From Amoebidium appalachense (lineage: Eukaryota > Protista > Ichthyosporea), in the NCBI GenBank assembly GCA_963693365.1, contig CAVNZM010000011.1, positions 2,216,989 through 2,280,988 on the forward strand: 64,000 nt of DNA, in the 5' to 3' direction. The translations under genes and the position numbers were made by a program. Shown piece after piece: positions 1 through 31,715 of the stretch; the first letter of the stretch is position 1; each line of letters starts with the position of its first letter. The notes beneath the pieces are model-generated. The model had not been told where the DNA came from. It made no database searches and was given only the letters and a program-made list of their open reading frames with translations.

Positions 1-78
1 CCAGTTATAAAGCTTTCCTTCCAACACGCACCCACGCACACACGCACGCTCTCACGCACGCACGCACACACACACACA

Positions 79-121
<43 letters not shown>

Positions 122-122
122 T

Positions 123-218
<96 letters not shown>

Positions 219-242
219 GCATGCACACGCACACGCACACAC

Positions 243-7483
<7,241 letters not shown>

Positions 7484-7584
7484 GTATCAGTTTCTGGTAT
7501 CCTTCTACCCATCAAAAAAAAAAAAAACTTGTCGGCCCGACGTTCTGCCAAACAGTCGCTCTACTACCATCCACCTAGTCAGTC

Positions 7585-7615
<31 letters not shown>

Positions 7616-8839
7616 ACCCCCGGCCTCAACACACTCATACACAACAAGAACACCGGAGCTGAGCTGGGAAGACACATAAAAATCGACCCTACCACAAAAA
7701 CTCCCCCCAACATACACCGAGACAACTCGTGCTCCCTGCCCCACACCAATTCCTAGATCCCACTACCAACCGCCCGCTCCACCTCCCAAGTGGTGCAAGA
7801 TCCCCCCTTCCCTAGACCTCACATTTCGAACCGGACAAGACCAACAGTACGTCGTTACAATAAACTGCCAAGCCACTGCTAGACTTAGAAACCGAAAGAT
7901 AGAAGTAATTGGCCAGTCTTAGGGAAATAAGATCTCAGAAGTAAAAACGGGAAGTAGGGAGTCCTCCCAAAAAGGGTAAAGAACGTGTTGAAGAGAGTAC
8001 ACCTAGTGGACACGAACTACATAAGCAACATCGTGTGCATTAACCGAGCAAGAATATACAAAAAATCAACTACATTTGGGCCTTTCTTAATTTGCTCGTA
8101 GCCCACAAATACGTCCAACGAAAACACTCTCCCCACCTTCCAAGCCGGGCAGGCCCGATCAATTATAACACATCCCCCAAGCCACCCTTTAACAAACCAC
8201 AGTTGCCCTTGTTAGCTGCCACAAGCTCACCCTGCCCACTCCGCACCTACTTGACAACACATGCTCTCTATATTCTCTGCCACTAGCGTGCAGATTTCCT
8301 GCTGCGCTCGTTTTATCCCCTACAACCAGCCTGTGCGGAATATTTATTTATCGGTCGCGGCTAGCGCTGGTTTTCGCGCCCTTTTGATATTATCTGACCA
8401 GTCGACGTTGCCGGCGCTCACTCTCCTGCGCGCAACACACACTAAAGCGTACCCAAAAACCTACAGTGCTTCGCATGTAATTTAACCGTACATTACAAAC
8501 CCTTAACAACCGCCAGCGCAAAAAAAAAGAGAAAGAGAAAGAGAAAGAGAGTGAACGACACAAAGAAAAAAAAAAAGGGCAGGAAAGGGAAAGAAAACAC
8601 AAAGGGGAACCCAGTTACACGTTTTGCAAGCACTCACCGGTTTGTTCTGGTGCGTTGCAAGCGCTCGACGACATCACCTGCTCCAACTGTTACAACAGTA
8701 TATCTGATATAACCGTGTTCACTACCTCATACTTTCCACCTTCCCCTAAGAAAACTCGCAAAGCTTGTTTGAGTCGCTGCTTCACAGTTTTGAAGTTTGC
8801 GTGTTTCTCTCGCTGGAGCCGCCCTCAAAATCGAGATTG

Positions 8840-8888
8840 TGACGTCACAGGACACATGATGGTGACGTCAGGGCAGCTTCTGATTGGT
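8840..8888. promoter_or_regulatory. Two CRE palindromes (TGACGTCA) plus a reverse CCAAT box in the ARID2/COX11 divergent intergenic region
   Basis: TGACGTCA at 8840-8847 and 8863-8870; ATTGG at 8883-8887. Function is inferred only. Confidence 0.4.
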
Positions 8889-10291
8889 CCATTCGATTTT
8901 TTGGCCCGCCCGTCAGTTTGAAGGCTTAGAAGTTGGCAAAGTTGCTGAGGACGTCTGCCGCCTCACACCGTCTAGAAAGTGTGTGATGCATGCATGCATG
9001 CGCAACCCATCATAGGGGAGATTTTCATGAAGAGTAAAAAACGATGCCTTGAAGGCTTAAGTTGATAGGGGTTGAAAGGAGAGGGGGAGGGAGGGAGGGA
9101 GGAGGAGGGTGGCCGGGGCAGGAGGGGAGGGGAGGGGGTATGGGGAAAGGGGGGAGGGGGAGAGAGGGGGGAGGGGGGGGGGGGGGGGGAAGAAGGGGAC
9201 GGCGGTGGGAAAAGGTGAGATAAAGGGTAAATTAGAGCTGCTTTGTGTCAAAGTTTAGAAACTGCTGTTTATGTAAACGTTGGACGATCAAACCTTCACT
9301 AAAATAGCTACACCTTGCTTTCGAAGACAATAGCTGCTACAGGAGTAAACATTGGCCAGGAGGAAGAGCTGCAGTCCACGTGGATGTAGAACACTTCGCG
9401 CAACCTCTGCACTCCCTGCTGTGGCCTATGTGCATATACTGACTAACCACACAAGCCACTCCATGGCGGATCCCAGATTCAAGTTTGATCGCAGACGTAC
9501 GTGTGCACCCATAGACACAACCGAATCTCGGCACACATATGCACCAAACACACACGCACGGACACTCGACAATCAGTGCATCAGTGCAGCTGAGGGCGTC
9601 GTGTACATGCACGCCGGGAGCAACCGTTTTTTTTTTAGGCCCAATATTGGCTTGCACTAGGTTAGGACCTTTTATCCGCTGCTATCCAGCCCTGTATAGC
9701 TGTAGCAGCATTGGTTTGTCGTAGCCCCATTTCTCTTGTTCGACACAAAAGTAGACCCCCCCTCCCTCCCCCTTCCCCACCCCCCTGCCCCACCCACACC
9801 AACACAACAATACCAACTTCCTTCACCACTTACCCCCCCTCCCCCCAACCTCTCCCCCCTCCCCCCCCGACCCCCACACACACACACCTGGCACACATAG
9901 CTCAAACTCACACGCCCCCCATGCCCCCTAGCCCCTTCCTAATCTATTTCCAATGATAGCTATACGCATACGTGGGTGGTAGCTGAGAAGATTTCGCCAG
10001 CGCTCGTTGTCACATATAGGTCGCCAGCACCGTCCTAGCCGCTGTTGTGCTTCACGCGCAGAGTTGCTTATTTAAGCTGGGGCACTTACTATGATTGACA
10101 AGTTCCCGGGGCCCTGTAGCATTTGGCAACTCCTCCCCCCTCCCCCCCCCCTCGCCCCCTCTCCCCCCCCCCCCACCCCACCCCACCCAACCCCCACCCC
10201 CCCCCCCCTCCCCCCTCCCGACCCCCCCCCCCCTGCCCCCCCGTTTCACTACAACCCCGACACCCAGGGTATCAACCTCCCCTTCCTCCCA

Positions 10292-10324
<33 letters not shown>

Positions 10325-10637
10325 CAGGGAAAAAAAAAAAAAAAAAAAACCTCTAATTTCCCTCCTCTACAGTACTATTAGCATATACACTTACATACCA
10401 ACGGGGCGAAAGGCAGAAAGCGTACACACTCGCACACGCTCGGTGCCCCACAAAACAAATGCACCTTTACATTCACATAAGCGTGTACGCTCGCTGATGC
10501 AGCTGACACACTCACATACACGGCACAACCTGCAGTTAACTCATTTTCAAAGCATCTAAAGCTTTACTGAGTCTGATGGGCATTCTGATGCCCCGCGGCA
10601 CACAAAACAAACCGGGCTGAGCCTGCCGGCTGTGCGG

Positions 10638-11360
10638 CTGTGTTGTACCGGACTTTGACGACTACAACTCGACTTGACTAGTCAAGTTTTGGGATTTTCT
10701 CCACTACGACTACGACTGGAGTCGGGGATGGGGCAACGACTTGACTACGACTATGACTACGACTTTCATATTATGTATGCCTTCACTGACCATGTACAGC
10801 AGCCAGAGCAGCTTGGCCCGAAGGCCGGGGGGGGGGGGCAGAGAGGGGGAGGGGGGGGGGGGGGGGAGGAGAGAGCTCGAGCAGGGGGGAGGGGGGGGGA
10901 GGGAGAGGGGGGGGCAGGGGGGGGGGGGGGGGGGGGGGGGGGAGGGGGGGGCAGGCGGGAGGGTAGTGTGCGTATGAGCGATGCAGGTCACGCCGTGTTA
11001 TCATGATGATCCTTACCGCCAGCCCGGCCCCGTTTTAAGGGCCGCCCCAAAGACATATAAGACACGGCGCATAATCTGCGCATTGCCCACATGTGCACAT
11101 GATATCGATCATGAGCATTTCCCCTCCCTCCCTCCCCCCCCCCCCCCCCCCCTCGCCCCCTCCTTCCCCCCCCCCCCCCCCACCTTCCCCCCCCCCCCTC
11201 TCCCTCCCCCTCCGAGGCACCCCCTCCCCCCCCCCCCCCAAAAAAAAAGTCGTGGGCCATAGTCGTAGCTGTCGCCCTCGGCGACTCAACTACGACTTCA
11301 CGACTTTGCCACTCCGGCGACTACGACTGACGACTTTTTCTACAAATCGGTACATCCCTG
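10638..11360. mobile_element. Candidate degenerate non-autonomous DNA transposon (MITE-like)
   Basis: Imperfect 13-bp inverted ends (CTGTGTTGTACCG at 10638-10650; CGGTACATCCCTG at 11348-11360; 10/13 match). Dense CGACTA/ACGACT motifs lie just inside both ends. No target-site duplication seen. Confidence 0.35.
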
Positions 11361-11822
11361 CACGTGCATGGGGGACCGGGCCCCGGGGTGTGAAAATACA
11401 ACCAATGGTGGAATGCAAGGAAACCAATCGATGCGCACCGATAAGGGCTTTTTGCATTCCAATCTTGCGCAACAGCTTCAAGTTGGCTTCTCGCATGATC
11501 TGCTGATGACGCAAACACAGCGCATGGCCTTTGGCAGGAAAAGAGGCCGTGAGCTTTTTGGCAAGAGCTGAATCAGTGCAGTCACTTGTAAACATCGTTT
11601 TGTAAGCTTTCAGCATTTTGGGAGGTTTTGGCTAGTGGGAGGCCGGGGCCTAGCAGAGGCACGATAAGCCACGACAGCACTATTATACAACTGAATTGTA
11701 GCAATTTATGGAACAGCACACTTCAGATCTTCCCTAAAACCCCTCAGCTGCAGTGTGGGCTGTGCACCCTTTTGTTCCCCGTTTCTCTCTCTTTCACGGC
11801 ATTTGTGGACATATATTTCATC

Positions 11823-17229
<5,407 letters not shown>

Positions 17230-17412
17230 CCTATTTTTAGCTTGTGTGGTTATTTTTGGCCCCACTCGATTGTTTTAGCCCATGTTGGCCTCTATGGTAT
17301 AAGCAAGTAAAAGAAGATTAGCAAGCGTGACTTGGCAGAGTTGCGAGAGTGCTGTTTAAAAACCATTATATATATTTGTTCCTTTATCAATTTCTTCAAT
17401 TTCCTTTTTTCT

Positions 17413-17447
<35 letters not shown>

Positions 17448-18617
17448 AAAATAGTGCCAGTTTACTGGTGTGTGTGTGTTTAGAATTCAGCTTTATTCTT
17501 TAGTGAGTTTCCCTTTTCTCGCTGTGATAAATGAATAAGGTTAGGGACTTGCGGCCTGCGGGTGTTGTTCATGCAGGCACAGATTTTTGGACAGTTCTGT
17601 GTGATGATGCCCTGGCATTGGTATGCTGTGGTCAGGTAATGATTGGCTTGCTGATCGATATTCTGCAGCAAGAAGTCCACAGCACGTAGGACATATTCGT
17701 CTAGGGGCCGGTCCCCTATACCCTTCAGATATGAACATGGAAGGCCATTTATAAACAGCCCGGGTATCTCTGTTCAACCTCCTGCATGCCTTTGTTCATC
17801 CCGTTGTTGATGCCCTTCTGTTGCCTCTGCCCACCCGGTTGCTGCCCTCCCTTATCCCCCCTTCCCCCCCCCCCCCCCCCCCCCCCCCCCCTTCCCACCC
17901 ACAAGCGACCGCGCGCACACGCGAACATGTATACGCTCCACAATATGTATAATATCATATTATGACCGTGCGCGCGCTTACATACACACTGAAAATACTT
18001 CACGTACACACTACACTCGTGCACACAATCATTCCTGTGATCACACCACACACATACACATACACAGAACACATTGTGCATGCAGACGTACACATACACA
18101 CACACGCACACACACACACACACACACAAGACGTGGAGGGGGGGGGGGGGGGGGGAGGGGGGAGGGGGGGGGGGGGGGGGGGGGGGGGGGTCAACTAAGG
18201 GCCACCCGATCCACCTAGAGCTCAGAACACCAGCCACTGGATAGCACATTTTTGTAGTACCATCATGCCCATGTAGGAAACTCAGACGTAAGCTTTATTA
18301 AGGATGTCCGTTCGGAACGCACTTTCGAAAATATGCTGGCGGCTATGCCCATGCAATTTTTAATTGAACACTGTGCATGTTTTTAGAATCCATCCTTGAT
18401 CACATATTGCATCCAGATCCAATACGTAGATAGCAGCATGTACCTTCATACATACAAAAACTTGACCGCGACGCAAGCAACATACATACAGTATATTAGT
18501 CCTACTTCAAAAGATCACACATCCACTGTCCCACGCCAAAAAAAAAGAAAGTGCCTTGAAAGATACAGTGTGCGTGTTCGTTGGGGGGGTGGTGGGTGGG
18601 TGGGTGGGTGGGTGAGT

Positions 18618-18653
<36 letters not shown>

Positions 18654-18874
18654 ATTGGTTGTGTGTGTGTGAGAGGGGGGGGGGGAAGGGGAGAGGGGGG
18701 AGGGGGGGGGGGGGAGTGTGTGGGGCCAGCGAGGGTCCGGAGAAGGGTCAGCAGAAGGAGGAAGAGGTCGAAAGAAAAAAAAAAAAACTCAAACCCGCTC
18801 TACTATCCTCAGTCCAAATAAAACCACTCTTGCCAATCATTGATTTGCATTAAATTTTAAACTGATGATAAAGC

Positions 18875-19287
18875 TCACGTTTCATCGGACTCCACGTGCA
18901 AAGGTACCTCCTCCATCTCATCCTCCTCTCCATCATTGTTCTGCACCCGGAGAATTCGCACCTCAAATTTACCCTCCTCTAGTGCGCTACTGATTGCTTC
19001 ATAATCGATTTCGTCCACCGCGGTATCGGATGTGACGTCATGTGGTTCGGGTTGCTGCACCTGTGAGGGGTTAAACGGGAAGTGTTAGTGGATTGGTGAA
19101 GAATTAGGTTGCGGATCGAGGTACGCACATCTTGCCGGGTGCTAGACTACTGTAAGTATGCGAGAAGAATGTCAGCCTTTGATGTGTGTGTGTTTTTTTC
19201 TCCTGGGGTTGTTTTTTTTTCTTTCTTTTTTTTTTTTTTTTTTTTTTCCCCTTCTTTTTTTTTTTTTTTTTTTTCCCCTAGAAGGAA

Positions 19288-19367
<80 letters not shown>

Positions 19368-20411
19368 GGAGGAAGTGGAAAGAAGAAGGGGGTAATTCGG
19401 GGCGGAGAGGAAAGCCTTGGGGGGGGGGGGGGGGGGGGGGGGGATGGATGGACGGAAGGCTGGAGGAAACACACGTGTACGCGTTGGGGTGTGGGGTTGG
19501 TCGCGATAGGGGCCCGGGGTGGGGGGGTAAGGGGGGTATTGTGTAAAGATCTTCGGAAATGTGTCCCAGCCCACCTACCACACCCTTTCTCATCACTGCT
19601 TTTCAACCCCCCCCCCCCCCCTCCCAAAAACAGACACACACACACCTCCCCCCCCCCCCCCCCCCCCTCCCCCACCCTCCCCTCACACCTAGTTATTCGT
19701 GGTACGGAAAATATTAGTGGCCAAGAGTGGAAACCCCAACTCGACTGGCAATGCTCAGAGAACAAAAGAAGACTCAACAAAAACACTTGGTTATAATATC
19801 GCATGCATATCCACAAAGTACTACTGCTTGCACGCACCTGCATTGGTTGGCCGTACTGCGGCATCACCTCGTCCCACCCCCTCCTCCCCCTCCATCACCC
19901 CTTCAGTGTCCACCTCCACCCCCCCCTCCACATCGCCCCTCACTGACCCACGTGCCACCCAGTACTCGTTGCCCAGTCGTCCCCACAGCCCAGTTGTGTC
20001 GTCATCGCGCGGTATTTCATCATTTGGTAAAGGCACAATCCTTGTGATTGGTCTGCAGAGATATTTTTAAGGTGTTAATCCGGGTACACTAAGAGCACAT
20101 CAATTTTCTGAAACCCCACACCCAAATTCTCATCTTGTGGGTTTGCTTTCTTCTTCTTCTTCTTCTTTTTGCGCGTGCGCGACGCCGCGGGGGAGCAGGA
20201 GGGGGAGGGGGAAGGGGGGAGGGGGGGGGGGGGGGGGGGGGGGCACATTGCTTCAGCTAGTGTACAAATGTGGCATTCTTCTCATGCCTTTATGCTCCGC
20301 CTGAACCTTTATCACGTAGCAAGACAACTGGCAGTGAAGAATGATTGGGAGGAGGAAGAGGTGGCGATGGTGGTGGTGGTGGTGGTGTGAGTTTTTTTTC
20401 TTTTTTTTTTT

Positions 20412-20463
<52 letters not shown>

Positions 20464-20729
20464 GGGGGGGGTTCGCAGCGAACGCCAAATTGCGTAGATA
20501 AATGTTGATGCATGACAGAATTGGGGCTAAGAGGACACTGGGACTGCAAAGGGTGCAATAAGAGAACTGTTTCGCTCCCATATTCATGTGTCCGCGCTCA
20601 CATCTCTGGGCTAGAGTTGTTCCATGGTGTCCAAGCTACCGAACCGTGACACCGGACACCGTATCGATTTCTTTCTTTCTTTCTTTTTTTTTCTTTTCTT
20701 TTCTCTTCTTTTTTTTTTTTTTTTTTTTT

Positions 20730-20775
<46 letters not shown>

Positions 20776-20989
20776 ATTTATGAGTAATTGTGACTCAGAT
20801 GTGAAAAGATATCTCCAGACCCCCTGTGTTTCTGCCTTCAATGAAAGCAAAACTGAAAATAGATACTCACATTTCAATATCCATGCTGGCCACTTGTGCC
20901 GGGGGGGTGACGAGACTTCGAAAACTGGTTTCCATTCCGCTCCGTGCTGCCTGCAAAGATCTAGATCGATGACAAACGCAGGAGTACAC
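18875..20989 (-). CDS. Hypothetical protein with acidic C-terminus; candidate exons 20989-20871, 20052-19838, 19060-18875; 5' end unresolved (possibly near 21230)
   Basis: Non-repetitive blocks bounded by CAG acceptors and GTGAGT/GTGCGT donors. They read PITRIVPLPNDEIPRDDDTTGLWGRLGNEYW... and VQQPEPHDVTSDTAVDEIDYEAISSALEEGKFEVRILRVQ...ESDET*. Joining needs a 1-nt correction in the homopolymer at 19877-19881. No family recognised. Confidence 0.4.
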
Positions 20990-21429
20990 CTGGCAAAAAA
21001 TCTTAGTCAGAGTAATTTCCAAAAGGTAGAGTTTTGTCAGCTGATCATAAACTGTTTTCAAAACTGAAAAATACTAGGTGGATGCTGTTCTGTGAGTGCG
21101 CAAGCCTAATAAATCGACACAGCAAGCTCCTAAAGCCAACGAATGCACCAAATTTACTTGTGCAAAAGTATCGAGTAACCGCTTTACGGCGACGTGCCAC
21201 TTTCCCTTTGAGTACTGTGTCTTCAACGCTCGCTGCGGCCAATCCTACTGCTCATATAACCACCTACCACTCTAAGTACTTTTCATCAGCTATGTGCTCC
21301 TCGTTTTTTTCCCTTTTGTTCTCCCTTTGCTTCTCATGCCGCACACTTCCGTCACCTTTTCTTACCGTTTGACACCGTGCGAGGAATGTGCCATCAGCTC
21401 TACTGCTCACTGGGCATTGGCACATATCA

Positions 21430-21846
21430 GCCAATCACTGCGTGATTACGGCAAACGAATCCGATTGCTGATGCGCTCCGAGCCAATCGCTGAGGGCTCA
21501 CCAAAACAACCAATCAAATCACTTCCGTTGTTTACAGGCCACCAAACAGCTTGCAAGTTGGATCCCGGTGTCCTACAACTTCACACACTCCCTTTTGTCC
21601 AGCTCAGCACACGCATGTGCCCACGAGCAACACCTCACATGTACTGCACAGCACAAGGACATGACCTAAGGTGTATCATTCCTTGTTTTTGTCTTTATCT
21701 TTCTCTTTAACCACCCCTTTATTCACGGCGATAACACTCGAGTATATTTGCAGTCCATGAGGTCCATACCACACCGCGCACCGTCGTTGGATAATCATCA
21801 GTCCTGGTGCCTGTAAGTGGCATCTGTGGCCTGCAGGGTGACGTCA
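21430..21846. promoter_or_regulatory. CCAAT boxes and a CRE palindrome upstream of the CSD-PP2C gene
   Basis: CCAAT near 21431, 21483 and 21510; TGACGTCA at 21839-21846; lies in a repeat-free intergenic stretch between divergent genes. Confidence 0.35.
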
Positions 21847-22430
21847 CATCCACACTGAGAAATCGCCTGTGTCATCTGTTACGCAAAGATGGATACATAC
21901 ACGTTATGCAATGCGATGTTCGCTGCGGCTTTATCACTTTCATCCTTTTTTTCCGCGGACGGTCATCGCTCGCGGGTTGCAAACCAGCCTTCTCAGTCAG
22001 ACAATACCACACACCATGTATCCCGGGGACCACACCGTGTCCCTCCAACTCAGCACAAACGCCGAAACTGAAGTCAGTTTGTTGTTGTGTTTCAAAGTGG
22101 AGGCAACGTTTAGCATCAGCAACCCGGCCGCGGAACACAGACCCCTAAACAACGAAAGTGGGTGCACATGGTAGTCGTTGCTCCATGTCTGTAAAACCGA
22201 GTTCTGTCTGTTTGGTCAAGATGGTAGGCAACTGGGGGCTAGTAATTACTCATTTATACCGTGTGGGAGTAAGAGGTTGGAAACAGCAGTATAGCATGTG
22301 GCCAGGAGGTACTTGTTCAAAAATTTGCATTAGGTTGAAAACGAGAATACATTGATTTTGTACGGTTTTATTGGCAAAAATGAAATGATAAATGTTGTAA
22401 TGTTTAACCCTATTACCACAGCTTACTACC

Positions 22431-27610
<5,180 letters not shown>

Positions 27611-28924
27611 GGGGGGAGGGGGGAGGGGAGAGGGGGGAGGTGTATAAATAGGAGGGGGGGGGGAGGGGGATACAGAGTTGGAGTGCACGTTGGTGGTTGT
27701 CAAAAGTGCAGAAGTCTGAACAAATTTTAGACCATCATGCAAAGTAGAGTGGTATTTTATGGTAACATTTTCTTGTGTTTGGATGGGAGGATTCAGCTGT
27801 TGGAAATGGGCTGCTCAAGGCAGTGGACCTTTGGCGGAAGTCAGGACCTTTTTTGGGGCCCGATCTATTTGCCATGTACTTACATAAGAGGCATGGGCAG
27901 TGAGTGAACACGTGCAATGTGCCTGGAAATGATTGGCTGGCTATCACTCGCATGCGCATGGCTGTAATTTCTGAAAATAAATACTAACAAGATACCGGAT
28001 TATGGACCCGTCGACGGCATCGCGAGGCTCAGCTTCAGCTAGCCACATACATCACACGTATTGCCACACCCAGAGTAAAAGTGTACGTACTAAAAAATGG
28101 AAGGAGGGAGAAGAAGCCCATCGTGATCATGAGAGGCGAATTCCCAAAATTGCGCCTGAACTGCAAATGGCTGGCAGCCCGAGTGCGGGTCCCGGACTCA
28201 GCGGCACACAGATCAGTTGTAAGAGGGGAGGTTGCAATTGGGGTTGGCAAATATGGATATGGTAATGCATAGGGAAAGGTGGGTCGCAGTGGGGGGGGGG
28301 GGGGGGGGGGGGATAGGGGAGCTATATAGATAGCGCTCCGGGTGGTGCGTGTGTGTCTCCCTGCCAGTGCTAAAATAGTTTTTTGATTTCTTGCTTTGTG
28401 TGTGTGTGTGTGATGGTGGTTGGGGAAAGGTGGGGGTTATCCCGCAACATTGGGGCGTATGGGGAGAGGGGAGGTGGGGAATCTCACAACAGCCTATGTA
28501 GGACAGAGTGGGGAGGTGAACAAGGGGGAAGGGGGGGAGGAGAATAGCACTAGAGCTGTGTACAATGTTTTTAATGTCAGGGTCTCTGCTGCCCCGAAAT
28601 CACCGGCCACGGATACTACCACCCACCTATGGCTCTCCATGACATGCATCCAATCCCATGGCGGGTATAAAATGGATACCCACTCACAGTGAGCCATTAC
28701 AAAAATGAAGCAACAGGAATGTACACTACCTATACACAAGATGTAGGTGCTCCAACACTCGATAGAGGAAAGCTCACACACACTATGACAGTATTTTTGC
28801 TGTGGACTGCTACACATGTTCGTTACGTGCATACAGTCTCTTTTATCCACGTATCACTCCTATCCTTCCTCCCGAACATGTCTGCCCCCCTCCCCAACTT
28901 GTTCTATTTATACTAACTGCTCTA

Positions 28925-28978
<54 letters not shown>

Positions 28979-29041
28979 CTTCCATTTTATTTCTTCTTCT
29001 TTTTTTTTTTTTTTTGCCGACACGGCCCTTTGTGGGGTAGT

Positions 29042-30168
29042 CTATCCCACACGGATGATGCCGGCACTGACCAGTTTGTTGATCTTCTTCGCCACCGCAG
29101 GGTTCTTCAGGTGGCTGTGTGTGTGTGTGGTGTTGTGGGACGAGGGTGGCAGGGAGGGGGAGGGGGCGATGTGTTCAGTGTGAGAGAGAGTGGAATCCTA
29201 AGTCTGGGTACTACAGAAATCCCCCCCCCCCCCCCCCCCTGCCCTTTCGCCCTTTTTCCCTGTGGTGGCCACGCCATACCAAGGATGCAACATAGGCACA
29301 TCAGACACGGAGTTGCTTGCACCTGACTTGCTCACAGACATGCAGACAAACACATCACTCACCGACAGATACGTGCAGGCATACACAGCATACTCACACA
29401 CGCATGCGTGCACACACACACGTGCGGAAATGCACAAAAGGCTTGCACACGCACGAACACCTATCCACCACACCCACACACCCACATACCCGCAGACGCA
29501 CATCCACCCACCCACGCGCCAACGAACCCACCCACACACACACCATGGCGTCAAGCACCACACACACACACACACACACACACACGACTACACACACACA
29601 CACACACGTACTCTCTGACTGCTGCCGGGTCCTCTTGCATCTGTGACAGGATGGTCCGCATCACTGGGTCCGCCATGATCTCCTGCTCATACTCAGTCAG
29701 CTCACACCCAAGACACCCACACACGTACAAATGCATCCCCCCCCCCCTCCCCCCCCCTCCGCCAAACACACACACACAAACCAATACACGCAAAAAAAGC
29801 AGAAATGATAAAAAAAACAACTCACACATACGCACACGCACACACACATCCCCCCCCCCCCCCCCCCCCCCCCTCCCCCACACCGCAAACACCAAAAAAC
29901 AGACCAAACAAAACCAACCAACACACAAACCAACCAGCACCCACCTGCACCTCGGGGTCCTTCAGTGCCTCCTCAGCAATCTGATCCTTCGTCATACTGC
30001 TGTGTGCCCTCTGCATAGCCGCAAGTGTTCTCTGTATCCCCTCCTCAGCCTCCTTGTTTTCCGAATCCAACTTGAGTGCCTGTTCGTATGTCTCCAAGGC
30101 TTTACTGTAATCCTTGAGGAACAGGTGGCAGTTGGCCTTGCGAGAGTAGCCCTTGACTGTGTGTGTGT

Positions 30169-30199
<31 letters not shown>

Positions 30200-31299
30200 G
30201 GGGGGGGGGAGGGGAGGGGGAGGGGGCGAGGTATAAGTGCTAGAAGGGAAGCAACCGTATCACCAGGCTCAGCACGCCTGCATCACTATATGCAACCATG
30301 GACAAACACAACTACGATTCACTTCTTGTGTATTGGTTAAAAAAACCCATTCCCCATACCAAATTCGGCACTTTGTGTACCCCCCCCCCCCCCCCCCCCC
30401 CCGACCCCACACCCATTTCAATCTTGAGCATGCTACCTACCGAAGGTGGGGCACATGTCAATGCACTTCTCACAGTCCTTGAGGGCCGTGGGGAACTCTC
30501 CCAGCTTCATGTAGGCCGCAGCACGGTTGCTGTAAAGCACGTGATCCGAGGGGTTCCTGTGGCCACATGTGGTTAGAGAGAAGGGCAGGGGAAGACGGCA
30601 GGCAAACCTATTTTCTTGCAACATATGCACCACAATACGACAGAGGCGGTAGGAGAGGGAGGGTGAGGGGGAGGGAGGGAGGGGGGAAGGGATGGGAGGG
30701 AGGGAGGGAGGGAGAAACGAAAGAAGCATCATGGTAACACCGGAATATCACCATATGGACACGTGAAGAGAACAAATGACGTGGAGTGGAATGACCAAGA
30801 AGTATTATCCCTCTGCTATTCTGCCCCACACCGTGGATGCGCACACAAACCTGCACACCATTGATACCATTGATGCTACACACGCGTCTGCTCCAGTGCA
30901 TGCTAAACCCACATTTGTGCACGTGCAGACTACAACGTGCCACCCATTCACACCCACCCACCTCTTTATGGCCTCACTGTATGCCTTTACTGCCTCCGGG
31001 AAGTTGTTGTTCTTAAAGAACTCATTGCCCTTTGCCTTTTCTTCTGCTGCCTTCTCTGGGTCGATGTATGCATTAATGCGCTGCTCCTGAAGAAGTTTCT
31101 CGGCCTGCACACGACGGGGGAAAATAGATGGTCAGAAACACCAAAGATATACACCCCACTCCCCCTCTTTGACCACCAACACCAACACCACCACCATACA
31201 CCCACAGCACCGATAAAACCAATTCTTCCGTTTCTCGTCTTCTCCCACTATTATAGCCTTCGGCGCTACCTCAATCTTCACAGCCATTTGCATGCCGAC

Positions 31300-31351
<52 letters not shown>

Positions 31352-31665
31352 CTGACACCCTCCCTTGTATAAACCCACAAACTATCCTTGCCCCCGATAC
31401 CCAAACCAAAATTACTGTTCCCTTCCACCCCCCCCACCACCCCACCACCACCACCACGCCAAAAAGGAAAAATAAAAATCAATCTTGCGCCCACTAACCC
31501 CCTCCCCCCCCCCACACCCACCCACCCACCTTGATCTGCTTCTCCAGCACGTCCTTGACTCTGTGCTCGGTCAGACTCTTGTTGTACCACTGCACGGCCT
31601 TCTCGTAGTCGCCCTCCTTGAAGTAGCTGTTGCCCATGCGCGCATACGCCCTGTACGTGTGCGTG

Positions 31666-31715
<50 letters not shown>

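Noticed and set aside
9337-10100. Possible small + strand exons (TGACTAAC branch, MADPRFKFDRR, GTACGT donor at about 9497)
   Set aside because: Could not be extended into a stop-free exon chain; may be non-coding or chance.
28002-28272. Short ORFs between the PP2C and STI1 3' ends
   Set aside because: No recognisable motif and no splice-consistent chain.
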